Shown in pieces: positions 24,933 to 37,799 of a stretch of DNA of 64,000 bases. The stretch covers positions 62,001-126,000 of the forward strand of contig JAAPAO010000014.1 of NCBI GenBank assembly GCA_013115145.1. Direction: 5' to 3'. Origin of the DNA: Perkinsus chesapeaki ATCC PRA-425. Lineage: Eukaryota > Protista > Perkinsozoa. Every line of letters begins with the position of its first letter. The first letter of the stretch is position 1. Position numbers and translations under genes: made by a program. Below the pieces are notes generated by a model that saw only the letters and a program-made list of their open reading frames with translations, searched no databases and was not told the DNA's origin.

Positions 24933-27468
24933 ATGGTTTCTGCTAGTATCACGTCACTTCGGGCTTCGATGTATCGTCCTCTCGTGGCATCGTTGTCCAG
25001 CAAACCTGTGACGGTTTTGGCCTCGGCACCTTCGAGGTTGCTGTCAACGACTGCAGTGGCAGGTAAAGCCTCTAATCATATGGCTGTTGTGCCCCTGCAT
25101 TCCAGGTTCCCGACGTTCCCCCATGAGCTTCGTCGAGGGCTACGAGTACACCGTACAGAAAGAGCTTGTGAAGGCGCTGAAGCGAGGCACCGATGAGAGC
25201 CTCACCTCCGCTCGTGGCTTTTGCATGACCTTAACTGACGTCCTCACATTAAGGCCCGCCAATATGAAGCTTGCCAGAGAGCTGCTTCTCCTGCTCTCGG
25301 AATCGAAGCACTTTGTCGAAGGCCATCGAGATGTCGTGGATCTACTCGCTGACACCTTGAGGCCCCGGCTTACCGAGGAGACCATTTCCCGTGTTCAAGG
25401 CCGGGCACTGGGCCAAATGGCCGCATCTATCGGCAAGCTCAACCTTCCTTGGTCCGAGGAGGTTACTCTGATAGCTCGACACTGCACGGAGCGCATAGGT
25501 CTTGAAATGATGTCAGCTACAGCTGTAGTCAGTCTCGCCAGCGGCATGTCGAAGTGCGACGGTAAACTGGAAGGCTTTGCAGAAGCGTTGGCCCTTGATT
25601 GGAGCAGGCGGCTGAATGGTGACGATGGATCCTTAAAGCCGGCTCTACATGTTCTCTTCTTCCGAAGTCTTGCCCACTTATCGGCCGGTCAGCCCAGTAC
25701 TGTTGCTCTGATGCACGAGTTCAATCGGGTAGCAGATATCAGTGCATTCACACCACACCAGAAGGCTCAGCTCTTTGGGGCGCAGAAGCAGATCCTTGGC
25801 GACGGAAATGCCCGGAGCGGTGAGGTCGATCACGAGGACCCTGCCAAGCTATCGCTGCCCGAATTAATGAAGTTGTTCGCCACGTGTGCACGGCGGAAGG
25901 AGATTCCCCGAAAAACGATCGTCGTTGGCCTAGTCGAGATCCTCCAGAATCCCGGGCCACCGATCGAGCCTCATCTATTGGCAAACCTGTGTCGAAGTGT
26001 TGGGAGTCTCCTCAGTAACAGAACCACCAACTCCAAGGACCTTCATCAGCTTCTTGAGCTCCTCAATTCCACACTGGTCCACTCCCCCAGCCCCCTCCAA
26101 CTCACCGATCTTGGTAGCATCCTGTGGGCGAGCTTGTCTTCCCCTTCCCCGAAAGTGAAGCGTCTGGCCTCGGTGCTCCTAAGCAAGGTGGATGCTGATT
26201 CATTAGCCCTTGCACAGCCGCAAGTCCAAGCACCCGTCCTGTCGGGCATTGTAGGACTCGGTCTCGCCCAGGACTTTGCTGATCTTGTCGGACGCATTGC
26301 CGAGCTGCGTGGCATGAGTTCTTGGTCGTCCGACGATGTGAGGGGGGTCAGCCAGCTTGTCGGGCCGCTGTCGCGGATTCCTGGCATGCGGCCGCAGGTC
26401 TTGGCCATGGCTGCGTGGCTAGGGAACAAGCCCGAGTGTTTGACAGGCTACGTTGCCGGAAGGGCATTGAGGGCTATCGCCAACTGCAATTCTGCTCGGC
26501 AAATCCTGACTGAGTTCCCTGAAGCTGCCCACAGGTTCTGCGATATTCTCGGCAGTCACTGGGATCAGCTCGATGCATCACCAAACCTGATACTCGCCGA
26601 CGTGGCATCGATAATGTGGGCTCTGGCAACACTTCGGTTGTCCGACTACGACCTGCAGGAGAAGTGCTGTCAGTCAGCTGTTAGGCTCCTCCGACAAGCT
26701 AGTAAAACTCAACTCCTTCAAGCACCAGTACTTCTGTGGGCACTGGCTTCCAACGCTCATCGGACGCAAGGCTCCCGAGCGCTCCTTCTGGAAGTGACGC
26801 AGACCAACGCAGCTTCACAACTACCTGTTCGTGAGCTGCCGGTGATTGCATGGGCTGCGGCTGTTTTCAACGTCTACAATGAGGCCTTCCTCCGAGATAT
26901 TCTCGAGCGCTGTTCTTCTGGCACCCTGGACTCTGCCGCCCTTTTCCGACTTCACCGAGTGCTACAGTGGGCCACAGTCCAGCGTGATTTCCAGCTTCAC
27001 GGTCTGAAGGATCTGGCGGCGAGGGCTGCCTCAGAGGCAATGAGTAGTGCAATACCGTCCAGCAGCTCCTTTCAAGACGAGCTCATCAAAGAGCTTGAGC
27101 CTCTCGTTACGGAGGTGTGGCCACAGTGGGAAGTGGTCTCTGAGTACAACTTATCTCCTCACGCTGCTGGGGTAGTCTGCGACATTGCCTTGCTCGATAA
27201 AGTGTCCCGAAGTCCTCTAGTGCTGCTAGAAGCCGACGGCGCGCCGCACTTCGTCCACTGTGTTTCATCTGATGGTACACGCCGCCTTGCCTATGATGGT
27301 AAGACTGAGCTCCTGCGCAGGATCCTCACGGCGCTGGGCTACAACATTGTGTCGATAGACACTAATTCATGGAAGTCTACTGCACGGTCAAAACGGCAGA
27401 ACATGCTAAAGGAGCGCATCTATGCGGCGCTAAAGGGCAAGGTGTTTCAGGATTCCGTTTCAGCATAA
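24933..27468 (+). CDS. Helical-repeat (OPR/HPR-like) RAP-domain protein 4
   Basis: Exon 1 (24933-25062) encodes an acid-free S/R/A/L-rich presequence MVSASITSLRASMYRPLVASLSSKPVTVLASAPSRLLSTTAVA, followed by a 43-nt intron 25063-25105 and one long exon. RAP motif VCDIALL...LLEADGAPHF...DGKTELLRRILTALG...SW. Confidence 0.88.
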
Positions 27469-27586
27469 TTTCTGATAGTGTTTTGTTGTCATTATAGTGG
27501 CGAGTTCTGCGCGAACAGAGCTACAGCTGGGTATATTAAACTACCTTCTATTGGGGGTCTCACGCTACCATCAGTTTTGGAATTCG

Positions 27587-28492
27587 ATGGGCTCTGCAAC
27601 TGACGATGATCTGATAGAATTCGATACCATGGTGTCGGCATACTCGCTGCCGCTCGTTTATCAGCAACGCTTCCGGCGTATCGAGGAGCGGCTCCATCGA
27701 CTAACTGATGCCTTAAGAGAACAGCGGCGATCTACGCCGAGCTGCAGTCCAAGCGGGAGCCCACAGCGCATGGCAAGGAACAGAAGTGTGGTGAACCTCT
27801 CCCCTAATGACGCTCCTCGGACGCAGCCCAAGTCAATTTACCACAGAAGCTGCGTTCCGCCACCTCCTCTACATTCCCCTAAGACTAATGTATCATCCTA
27901 CAGTGGGAAGTATCGGTCCCCTACTCCGTCGAGGAAGCTACCGGAGTGTCATGTCGATTTGTCCCCTTATCTACGTCAAGCAGCAGCGACACCGGAGAAA
28001 AAGAGCCTTGTGGATGCCCCACATGAGCATCGCGTGTCGGTTGAAAGTGAGAGAATATTGGCCGACTTGCACGCTATGGACGAACGAATTGCCACTATCG
28101 AGCGTGAAGTGAAGGGCTCTTTGAAACGGCAAACGCCACCGTCGTCACTTGCGGAGACGCATAACACTCAAGCTGCTGCGTCGCAGGTTGAGAGGAAAGT
28201 GCCGGTGAACTATTCTGGAGCTCCGGCAAGCTTGCCTCCCAGCCGACTCCCACCAGGACGGATACAACTTAGCAGCAGTGTCAGCACGTGCGGTGAGATG
28301 CGACGGTCACCACGCCTGGCAGAGTCGAGACCACCAAGTTGGAGGGATTTGGCGGCCACTTCAGCCAAGCATTCCACACCGTCGGCCACATCAAGCCATA
28401 GCCCGTCCGAGCCGGTCCTCTTAGCGCCTCAGCTTGACAACTCCCAACGTCGTCCAGGGCGTATCGGTAAAATCGGCAAGAGTGTTCAATAG
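27587..28492 (+). CDS. Hypothetical Ser/Pro-rich, probably disordered protein with short coiled coils
   Basis: Uninterrupted ~300-aa ORF from MGSATDDD; SP-rich; helical segments RFRRIEERLHRLTDALREQRR and LHAMDERIATIEREVK. Confidence 0.55.
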   Translation: MGSATDDDLIEFDTMVSAYSLPLVYQQRFRRIEERLHRLTDALREQRRSTPSCSPSGSPQRMARNRSVVNLSPNDAPRTQPKSIYHRSCVPPPPLHSPKTNVSSYSGKYRSPTPSRKLPECHVDLSPYLRQAAATPEKKSLVDAPHEHRVSVESERILADLHAMDERIATIEREVKGSLKRQTPPSSLAETHNTQAAASQVERKVPVNYSGAPASLPPSRLPPGRIQLSSSVSTCGEMRRSPRLAESRPPSWRDLAATSAKHSTPSATSSHSPSEPVLLAPQLDNSQRRPGRIGKIGKSVQ

Positions 28493-28603
28493 CCTGTAGC
28501 ATTGCTATCAATGTCTGTTGTGTTATTAGTTCATGTTTTATAGCTGTTAACTATTTGAACTCGGTGACTAGTGCGGTACGAAACGTGAATAGTTGGTACG
28601 AGA

Positions 28604-31321
28604 TCAAAATGCACCAGGGGCCGCGGAACGTTTGCCCCGTCGCCTCGATGGAGGGTTCTGTCTCTCAATCATCGTTCGGAAATCGATTTGGGCATCAGAC
28701 CGAGGCCACGTTTTTTCCAGGGCCGATCGCAGCATCTCGACAACAGCGCGGGGAGGATCGGATGGACCACCCTGCTCACCGGCAGCGAACATCGAGTCCT
28801 CGATGCAATCCATAACCTAAAAACAAAATGCTAAAATGCCATAGCTGAAGCATACCGATCGAAGCTCCAGTAAACGATGGTTAGCTGTTGGCTGAACTGG
28901 TAAACTATCAACACCTGAGCGAGGGGACTTAATGTAGGGAGTAGCCGTGGAGCTACCTTCCCTGACGGCCCGTAATGTCCGCCGAATTTCGATCTTCATT
29001 TCTCCTGACCCAGCTCGCCGAAGCCGTGGCGGTCGGGCATCAGTTATACCGCTCGGCTAAAGGGAAATGAGACTCGTAGGAAGGTCGCCTCGGGCTCTTA
29101 CTCTATCGGGCCTCGTCACTGCTGGTACGATCTCCTCTAGCATGTCCTCTATTTTCCATGCCACTTGCCCAAGGGTCTCCCATTCATTCCACACTGGTAT
29201 GCCTCCTGAAACATGACAACAATAGGAGGCAGGCAATCCTATATGAGAGGAGAACGACCCATTGAGTCCGCAAGTAACCAAAGTCGACATCTATGAAGCT
29301 CACTTTGGGTATCAACCTGCGATGATGTCGGTATGGATTTGTCATTAGCTGATAAGCGGGCTGTTGATTGCTGAGGATCAGGGAAGACAGGCGGCGGCCT
29401 CTTTGAAGAAGAGGAGGAAGACCTGCAACATGTTTATTTCTCGTCACGAATGGGTGACGTTCCTACTGAGGCGGATGTTGCCGTTTGTCTGGCTGTTGGG
29501 CATCTTGTTGCCGTTGCTGTCCTGCCTCCTCTGCTACTCGATTGTTGGCTAGTTCCATCATGAAGTATTCTACTTCCTCGAGCTTATCCTCCTGTTGCAT
29601 CTGGAACCAGGAAGCTCTCCTCATCGACCTATCACCACTCAACCCACCTGCTGCCGTTCCCATTCCTCACAGAGTTCCCGTGCCATCCGGAGCAGCTCCG
29701 GTGGCAGGCCGGAGGGAGGCAGGGGGACTTCATCGTTCAAGAAGCTCTCGAGGACGTCAACTAGAATGTTGCACAATAGGTGACAGCATTCTGACTATAT
29801 TCTTACCCTCAAATTCGCTCAGGTCCTCACCTGCTTTCTCTCTGTTAACCAATTCCATGATGGCGCGCTGTCGCTGTCGAGCTCTTGCCTTACGCCTCCG
29901 CTTTTTGGCCGCCTGATAAACCCTTCTTAGCTTTTCCTAGATATCGAACGATACTTTGCTGAGTCTAACAGGCTCCTCCCCCTCCTGTGGTGCCTCTGAT
30001 TGTCGAGGCTCATCTAGGTGCGGTGGTTCGTGGTCTTCCTGTTCGGGTTCATCGTCGATAACTATAACCGTACTTGATGGGGAGTTGTCGTCGCCGTTTT
30101 TCAAAGGTATCGGTGCCAAATCTGCGACACTGTTCTCAGTGTCTGCCGCCAGCAGCAGCCGCTCCTCACCTTCGTGGTTCAGCTCTTCTAGCTTCTGTGA
30201 AGGCGAGCTCCTGTCGGCAACCTGGAAAAGATGGCGATGTGTTTCATACGACCCATATGATAATGATGATATGAGAATGATGTCGCCTACATCAGATGTT
30301 GAGCCGTTCTCGTTTCGACCTACTTTTGGAGCCGGAGCTGGTTGGCTTTCCGTGCGAGCAGGACGGATGTTCTGCCAGCGAACGTGATGGCGATGACAGT
30401 AGTAATCTGTACCTCTCTCGATGGGGTCTCTGTCGGCGATGGAGAGGATCGATCGTCGTCAGATACCTCAATAAGTATCCGAACTTTTTCGCTCAGTGAA
30501 GAAACCGACAAAGCATGCTCCTAGAGTGGTGAGATCATATACTGGTTTCGGCAACATGCTTACCGTTAGAATCTGGTCGAGAAAGATGAGCTCCCCGATC
30601 AGTTTGTCTTTATCGGGCTCATCACCCTGGCCTTCGCAGATGTCACCACCTTCACCGGGAGACAGTCCCACCAACTGACCCTGCAAAGACACACACGGTC
30701 CGTCTCTGGCACTATGTAGCAGACACTCACCCGTATGCCGTCCACGGCCGATATCGCACCGAGGAGGCCCTGCATTAAATTGCTGCATGCCAGACGAGAC
30801 AGCTGCTGCAGGACTGTGACGGATGCCTGATGAAAGTGGGTATCTCAGTGGGCGAGAGAGGGTAAGAGGAGCTCTACCGATGTATTGCTGGCAGGGGCTT
30901 GCCGACAGTGATCGGTCATTAAGTAATAACTTTAGGAGACTGGATAAGAGCAGCTAACACGGAACTGATGGTGAGGCACACGAAACGAGCTGCTAGTAAC
31001 AGTGGTGGTAGTAGTGTAGTGGTAGGGGGTAGTAGTAGGTACTATTTAACTATTATCAGTTATCAGCCTACACACAACAATAATGCAGGAACAAGGCATG
31101 CTGATGATAATGACGACAACCAGCAGCAGCAGTGGAAAAATAACAGACGAGTCCAGAATGATGACAAGACTGCTGCCATTTAGCGGCAAGGGGAACGGGA
31201 AGGTCGTCATTAATTGCCGTTGCGGCCGTCCCTTTGGTAAAGTGATATCTGCTTCTGATGATGATGATGCTGCTGCTTCTTGCTTAGTATTATTATAAAG
31301 GTAACAGCTGCTTTTGAACAT
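28604..31321 (-). CDS. Hypothetical multi-exon low-complexity protein, possibly nuclear (start uncertain)
   Basis: Chain of minus exons with acidic tracts (VIDDEPEQEDHEPP), a basic NLS-like AKKRRRKARARQRQR and QQEDKLEEVEYFMMELA. Confidence 0.4.
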
Positions 31322-31464
31322 TTGATTCGTTCTGGATAGCAGCCCCTGTTGGAGTCAAACAATGGTTACCTATAAAAAGCTTCTTTAAACTAAGCTATTA
31401 TCGTCGTCGATATTATTATGATATAACGAATACCTTAACAGGAACCAACAACAACCATACATCA

Positions 31465-32336
31465 TCAAGCCACTATGCACAAATGCCCTACCTGACCCTT
31501 CTCCTCCTCTGGCAGTTGGACAATCCACTTGCTGTCCCCCTCTGCTGATGCTGGTGGTGGTGGTGGTGGTGTTGTTCTGTTATGTACGACAACATTAACC
31601 CCGGCACAGTCCTGTTCGGGGATAGGGATGTGCTCCCATGGCCGAGTGTAGACGAACCGGAGCTGACACGACCCGGGGCGAAGCGCCTGAGTATGTGGCA
31701 GTCAGCTAGTGGGAACGGTGAAGCTTACTTGATAATAAAAATAATAAATGCCACCTGTGCCTACATACCCTACTGGATGAGGATTCACCTACCGAACATC
31801 CTACCGCTCCTTCCTCAAATCTAGGGCAGGTGACCTACCTTATAAACTTTAGCTAAGTACTCTAATATCTCAGAGGAACCTTCCCGTTCCTCTGGTCCCT
31901 TGCCGGATACCACTTGCCTTCCAGCGCCGCCGCCGACTAGCCTCACCGCACCAAGAGACCGCCTCTCGATGCCGCCACCGTTACTGGTGAGCCAGCGGCG
32001 GTCGGCATCCTCCCAGCTGTACCCCGTCGTCGGATTGCCTACGAGCGATATCTCAACAATATCACCTGACAGGAAAGCTGTCTCCAATAATCGCACAATA
32101 GGCCTACCGACGTTCGCCGTCAAATTGATAACAGCGGCCGGCGCGAGCTGGACTTTGAGGACGCCCTCTAGCGGCTTCGGCAAGGTGTGGCTTTTGAGCA
32201 CATCCGGCAGTGGCACACTGCCCTCCTCCACGGTAATGTTACTGGGGAGGGAAGGGGAGGCCAGGCACCCACAGTGATGGTGCCGGCCTGCGCTGAGGGC
32301 CAGTAGGAGCTCCAGTGAGTATCGAGGCAACTTCAT
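31465..32336 (-). CDS. Chagasin-family (MEROPS I42) cysteine protease inhibitor
   Basis: Exon 1 contains GDIVEISLVGNPTTGYSWE and RLVGGG; a downstream exon gives ALRPGSCQLRFVYTRPWE. These are the hallmark I42 loops (NPTTGYxW, GxGG, RPW). Confidence 0.8.
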
Positions 32337-32367
32337 ACCGAGGCAGAGGGAGCGGAAGCTGGAAGCT

Positions 32368-35300
32368 CTACAATACTTGAAGGCTTCGAGAGAAACTCAA
32401 TGAGCAGTAGTGTAGGAAATGAAGGATTAAAAAGCAATTGTGAGTTGTTGTTGTTGTTGTTGTTGTTAAGGTAGAATACAGCCAGCGATGAATCACACCT
32501 TGGGGGCTTCTACCTCTGAGAATCGAGAGCCCTGTCACGCCCACAGTAACACAACTTACCATCAACTTCCTTCTTATCCTCGGCCTTCTTCTCCGATGCC
32601 ATACCGACCTCCTCGGGCCTGACCACCACCGCGCCTCCTGGGCTGGCCTTGGCATGCTCCACTTGCAACTGGAACTTTCGTGCCTGCCCATCAACGACAT
32701 CATCGGCAAAGACAGCGGCGGCAGGCTCACCGTGGCCTCCCTCGCCTTCTCATTTTCCTCTTCAAGTTTCCTCATCCTGGCCTGCAACTCCTCAGCAGCC
32801 TTCTTCTCCTCGGGCTCCAACTCTCGACGCTCTTGACGAATCTCAGCGAATCTGGCCGTCCGAGTATCACCAGCAGGCATTAGCGTGGAGGCTACTACCG
32901 AGATCGAGCGGTCGGGGTGCCAAAGCTGGTCTTAAGATATGATGAAATCATCTTGAAGGCGTTGGAGTCGGACTTTGCCGGCGAGTACGTCTGCAGGAGC
33001 CCCCGTCAGCTGCGCATCTTCGATGGGGACCTTACCTTGATTCTGGAGGCACTCGGGTGCCAATCGTATTTCATATATTTGATCTTAGGGGTTTTATCAG
33101 CTATTTCGGCACCAATCTTCCAGTCCTCTCCGCCATACCTATTCCCACCATCTCCTCGATCTCGCGCCCACCACGCTAACCTTCGGAGATTCAGCAACAT
33201 GAGAGCGTCGGTGCCGCCAAAGTCCTTCTTATACCAGCTGAATATCTTATTCAAATGGAGCACGTTCTGATCGCCATCGTACTTCACGTTGCTCTCATCC
33301 GTTACCTAAATACAGTGAGTCTCGGAGCAACTGCAATATGTGGTCTCACAAAGCTCTTGGCAGCCTCAGCGGCCAGGGAGTCCCAACGGTCGTCGCTGAG
33401 CTTGGCGATGGACACTGCCGGTGGGCAGCTTTTAGCACCGCACGATAAGAGAAAGTGGATACGGGGGTCGGCATAGACAGGATCTGGAATAGGTAGACTA
33501 GTTATCATGAAAGCAGATTAAATGGTCGGGAATGAATTAGAGGGCTCTTCTGCACTAGTTGGGTCGAACTATCCGTTATCTGTTGCACTCTACGGAGTTC
33601 AATTGAGTTTCACAGGGTTCAGGCGAAAACCTGCTTAACGACAAGCGTCTTTCACAACACGGGTGTAACTCCACTGAAGCGCTCATGGTCATCGGTTTAC
33701 CGACATTGAATAACGGGGTAACGCTCTAGTAGAGCGGCTCCACACACACTCAAAAACGTCTATGGACTGACTTAGTAAGGCCACGGTGTAGGAAGTTCCC
33801 AGCAGAAAACTGATGTAGGAGAAATACATTGTAGCAAATGGAAAGGAAAACATTATGCACTATGATTCATGCTGGAAACCATGTATCATCAGTGATTGGT
33901 AAAGCATATGTATTTAAACCTCATATGCACAAGGCAACTAATAGTCCTTCCCAATAGGCTCTCTCAGGCTTACTTAGTGTGAACCCTCTCCTGGGGTCGT
34001 CCTTTCCCATAACTCTGAGCAGCTCCCCTGGCGGTGGATACTGATTGCCACGCAGAATGGCATGCTCGATGTCCCTCAAGGAGAGCAGGAAACCACCGAG
34101 GTCGTACGTGACGCTGGTGAAGAATCTGGAGGACATTCCAAAATGACTTCAAGGTTCCTCGATTACTCCCAACGTGTGTAAGTCGGAGCATCGGTGGCCA
34201 CAGTGCCGAGGTCGGCCATGGCGTGGTCCACCATAAGATGGTATAATGCTATCATAAACCGACGCCAGAACCTGTACCAGAAGTGTTGGAGGTATACGTA
34301 GGTGACAACCCACTCAGGGCGTTGCTGCGCCACTTTGAAGAGCATCGAGTCCGCGGAGCCCTCGGAGCTGCCGCAGATGACCTGCAGTATACAGGAGAGC
34401 TCTTGGAACCTAATGAAAGTAGAACAGTGATGTGCAATCGAGGAGCCGAGCTTCGACCTGAGATACTGCGGATCCTCAGATAGGAGTAACCAGTCTGTCA
34501 GTAGAGTGCCGGAATCGTCCAGCTTGGAGTAGAAGCCCTGAAGAGATGAAAGTGGTCATGAGGAAGGATGAAGTGTAAGAACGGCTACTGAACGCTGTTG
34601 TTGATGTTGAGATGAACAATGAGCAGCTCGATACTATAACACAACCGCTATATAAGCAGTAGAACGGAGCCTCTCGAACTAACACGTTTCTCCAAAATGA
34701 AGTCTGAGGAAAATTTTACCGATATAATAGTGTTGGGATAATTCCTGGCGAAATTTCTCAATCAGTAGTTAGACATAGGGTCGGTTCCCTAAACTACGTA
34801 TACTGTATCTCTCTGCGTGATGAACTGCGTTGACTAGCTGGAGCTTCACTTAGGTATATTAAGGGTGCGCTCACCTTCAGGCGGTTCATCCGATTGGTAA
34901 GCTTAACGATAACATCCTGCATTTGCTCCACTGCCTCATCAACAGTATCAACCTCAAAGGCCGCGCCCGAGCGGACAAATCTTACAGAGTTGAGTATCTA
35001 TTGGAGAGCATATGGTCGCCAGATCAACCTCTTTAGAATCTTACATGCGGCTTCATATGATACACCAAACTGTATTCGTATTCGGGCTCGAACATCTCAT
35101 TCTGAAGAGTTGGGAAACAGTCGTGTACCAGAGAAGTAGCATTTCCTACAAGCCATCGAGCAGGTTAATAAATAAAGAATGGAACGGACACGCGATGAGG
35201 GAAAGGGAGGCCGAATTTGGAGCAGAAAAATCTATCGGCTGCAGCAGCACCAGAATGCAGTCATGTGGGTATGTAACTATGTTAGTGAGCAACAGTGTGG

Positions 35301-35937
35301 GAATGTCGCAAACGCTCCGGCCGGTTTGTGTCCCTTTAGCCACCAAGCGTAACTACTTACTACGGCAATCTGATGGGAACAATACAGGCATGCTCTATCG
35401 ATGCAAAACACTCAAAAGACATTTTGCTGTATATTGAATATGAGCCTAGACTTACTTCGTGAACACCGTCAGTTCGCACCATAATAAGGTCCAGCTTGGC
35501 CAACTCCTCACACAGAATCGCTCCGTCCTTCTCTGACTTCAGCTGGGAAGCGTCAAAGATACAGTACTTCAGTGAGAAGCTCTACTTACACTCAGATTTC
35601 GCTTGAACGCATCAATCATGTACTGGCCCGGAAGAACTGCGTCAATCTCAGAGTCTCGCTCCAATGACGCTCCCAAAGTGCGGACAATGTTTACTATAAG
35701 GGAGGACCAACTAAGCAGAGAAAGCGGTAATAATGCCACACTAACAAGTGGACCTTACGTCCACTCCTTCTCCATGAATAACAACTTGGGTAGAGTGAGC
35801 CCGTCATCAACTGGCTGCAGGTAGACTACAGGGTGCTGCTCCTTCTTATCGGCATCTGTCTCCTGGGTAGACGGTGTCGCTGTCTGTGGCATCATAAACA
35901 AAGGGCCCTTTTGACCCGTACCAGACTTTGGTGACAT
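32368..35937 (-). CDS. DUF547 protein, probably with an N-terminal DEP-like domain
   Basis: DUF547 motifs FMIALYHLMVDHA, YDLGGFLLSLRDIEHAILRGN, DPRIHFLLSCGAKSCPP, LNKIFSWYKKDFGG and KYMKYDW. Upstream exons (LPGQYMIDAF...EKDGAILCEELAKLDLI; EMFEPEYEYSLVYHMKPHILN) fit the DEP segment seen in DEP-DUF547 proteins. Joining the two halves into one gene is inferred. Confidence 0.7.
32444..32467 (+). repeat. (GTT)8 microsatellite
   Basis: Eight perfect GTT units between the DUF547 and chagasin genes. Confidence 0.9.
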
Positions 35938-36265
35938 TATCTATTAAACACAAACTGATCTTTCAAGCTGTATACACAGACAGACAATGACTAGTCCCGA
36001 CGAGCTTTTTTAGAGTCATTGTTTCGGGTATGAAATTTGCGTGGTCGTGATGATCCTGACGCTTTTACACGGCGAAGGCTACACCCTAAATCTCTTTTCT
36101 TGGCCTTCTGTAGCAGACCTCCAATGTATGCATAGGGCAGCTCACACAACTTGGCCATTAATGAACGTTTCAAGCGATACTATATAAGTATAAAGTATAC
36201 CCAAAATGTAAAGGCGTATAATTGTACGCTGTACTGTAACACAACTCTATACAGGAGATGCCATT

Positions 36266-37703
36266 CTAACCCGGAGCGATTCGATAAGAGCTAGGTATCG
36301 ATCTAGTGACATACTCCCCACCAGGATGCCTTTTACTAATGGAGACTATTACGAGGATTGATGAACTGGGCCGATAAACACCACTAGTAGCACTGTGTAG
36401 GTTGGTAAAGTGTGGTGGTATACACAACAGGGGGGGGGCAGAGAAGGTTAAACACTCAGTGAGTTCATGAGATAAAAACAATATAAAAAGTATAAGGCAA
36501 CCAGTGAGCAAGCAGTCAGGCCTGATGAACAACAGTGAAAGGATAGTGACTACGAACGGTAGACTCACGTGTGAATTTCAATGCTTCAATTCTGGCAAAG
36601 ACGACCACGACAAGCAGAGTCGCCGTTAGCCACAATATGCTGCCCCTTATCCGAGCTGAAAGGGCAATGTGGGAAGTTATGGACGAGCATCTACCTGATA
36701 TGGTGACACCGCCGAATAAGGCCAGCGGCAAGGAGAGAGCTAGGTAGAGATTACGGATACCATAGTCGAGGACGTCCATGATGCCTTGGAGTGATCTGAT
36801 AGAATGGAAACTTGAACTGGGCAAGGGAAAAGAGCGTCACCTTCTATACCGCAAAGTCGTGCTAGTGCACCACAGATTGCCAGCGTTGAGGCCAATCGAG
36901 TAAACTGATAGGCTCATCAGCGATAAAGGCACTTCGCTACAGTCTGCAATGGCAACGAGCGCTTTACTGGCTACCAAAGAGAAGATCTGAACAGCGAAAA
37001 GTGAGCTTATACTGAACAAGTGAGCCTACCATGACCAATGCAAATGCTAGGAGCATGACAAATGAGGTCCGGCAGAGTCCTACGGTGTGATGGCTGGGGA
37101 TCCAGACAGCCAGAATAGGATACAACGGAACATCCAAGGTACAAGTGATGGCGAACCGAACCTGATGGAGAAGTACCAAAGATAGATTCACGCGGGTGAA
37201 AGCAGCGCCTACGCTTCAAGCATGCATTTACCATTTCAAATGACGATAATGTAACACTTACAATTGACGATTTACGAACGTGAAATTTTAGCATCAGCGG
37301 AGAGGATGGCTTCAATGGCTAGCCAGGAGCGTAGCAAGTCTTACCCTTCTGAACCACAGCAGCATACTGTTGTTACTATCACCATCGACTTCGTCTTGTC
37401 CCACTCTACTAGAGCAATTCACGGACCTGCTGCTAACGTTCCCAAGGCCAAGGGAAGTAGACTTTACCAGTAGCTGGACGCTGTCTCACGGATGGACAGA
37501 CCATCCCCTTCAACCCGAATGCCTTGTGCGCTGATTTTGCTCAGTACAGCACTCTTCGCCTGTTGAAAAACTCTGGCGGTTGTAATGTTCAATAACCTGC
37601 TTACGTCTTCGCTGATAGTGCGCAGGTCAACGGCAATCTCGTCGCCTAGGTCAGTCGAAACGTAAAGGACAAGTCGATGTAAGGGCCCACGGATATCTTG
37701 CAC
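36266..37703 (-). CDS. Predicted multi-pass membrane protein, family unknown
   Basis: Several hydrophobic minus-strand exons (LYLALSLPLALFGG, SILWLTATLLVVVVFA, FVMLLAFALVMVGSL). Confidence 0.45.
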
Positions 37704-37799
37704 GTAGACAATCCTATTGTAGCTAATTTTCCACCGTCCGGCGCTGACAAATGAGGAGGTTTCCGAGGAGCAATCAGCGCGTCGGTTTTACACCAGTGA

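Noticed and set aside
17344-26429. Many antisense and alternate-frame ORFs overlapping the RAP genes (e.g. 19855-20490, 21695-22267, 23753-24325)
   Set aside because: These are expected shadows of long GC-rich coding exons and show no independent motifs.
33510-33915. Large DUF547 intron as a C/D snoRNA host
   Set aside because: A TGATGA is present, but the next CTGA is too far away and no terminal stem is evident.
34894-35000. Prefoldin-like segment (VDTVDEAVEQMQDVI)
   Set aside because: It fits better as the linker between the DEP-like and DUF547 parts of one gene; no separate start or complete prefoldin was found.
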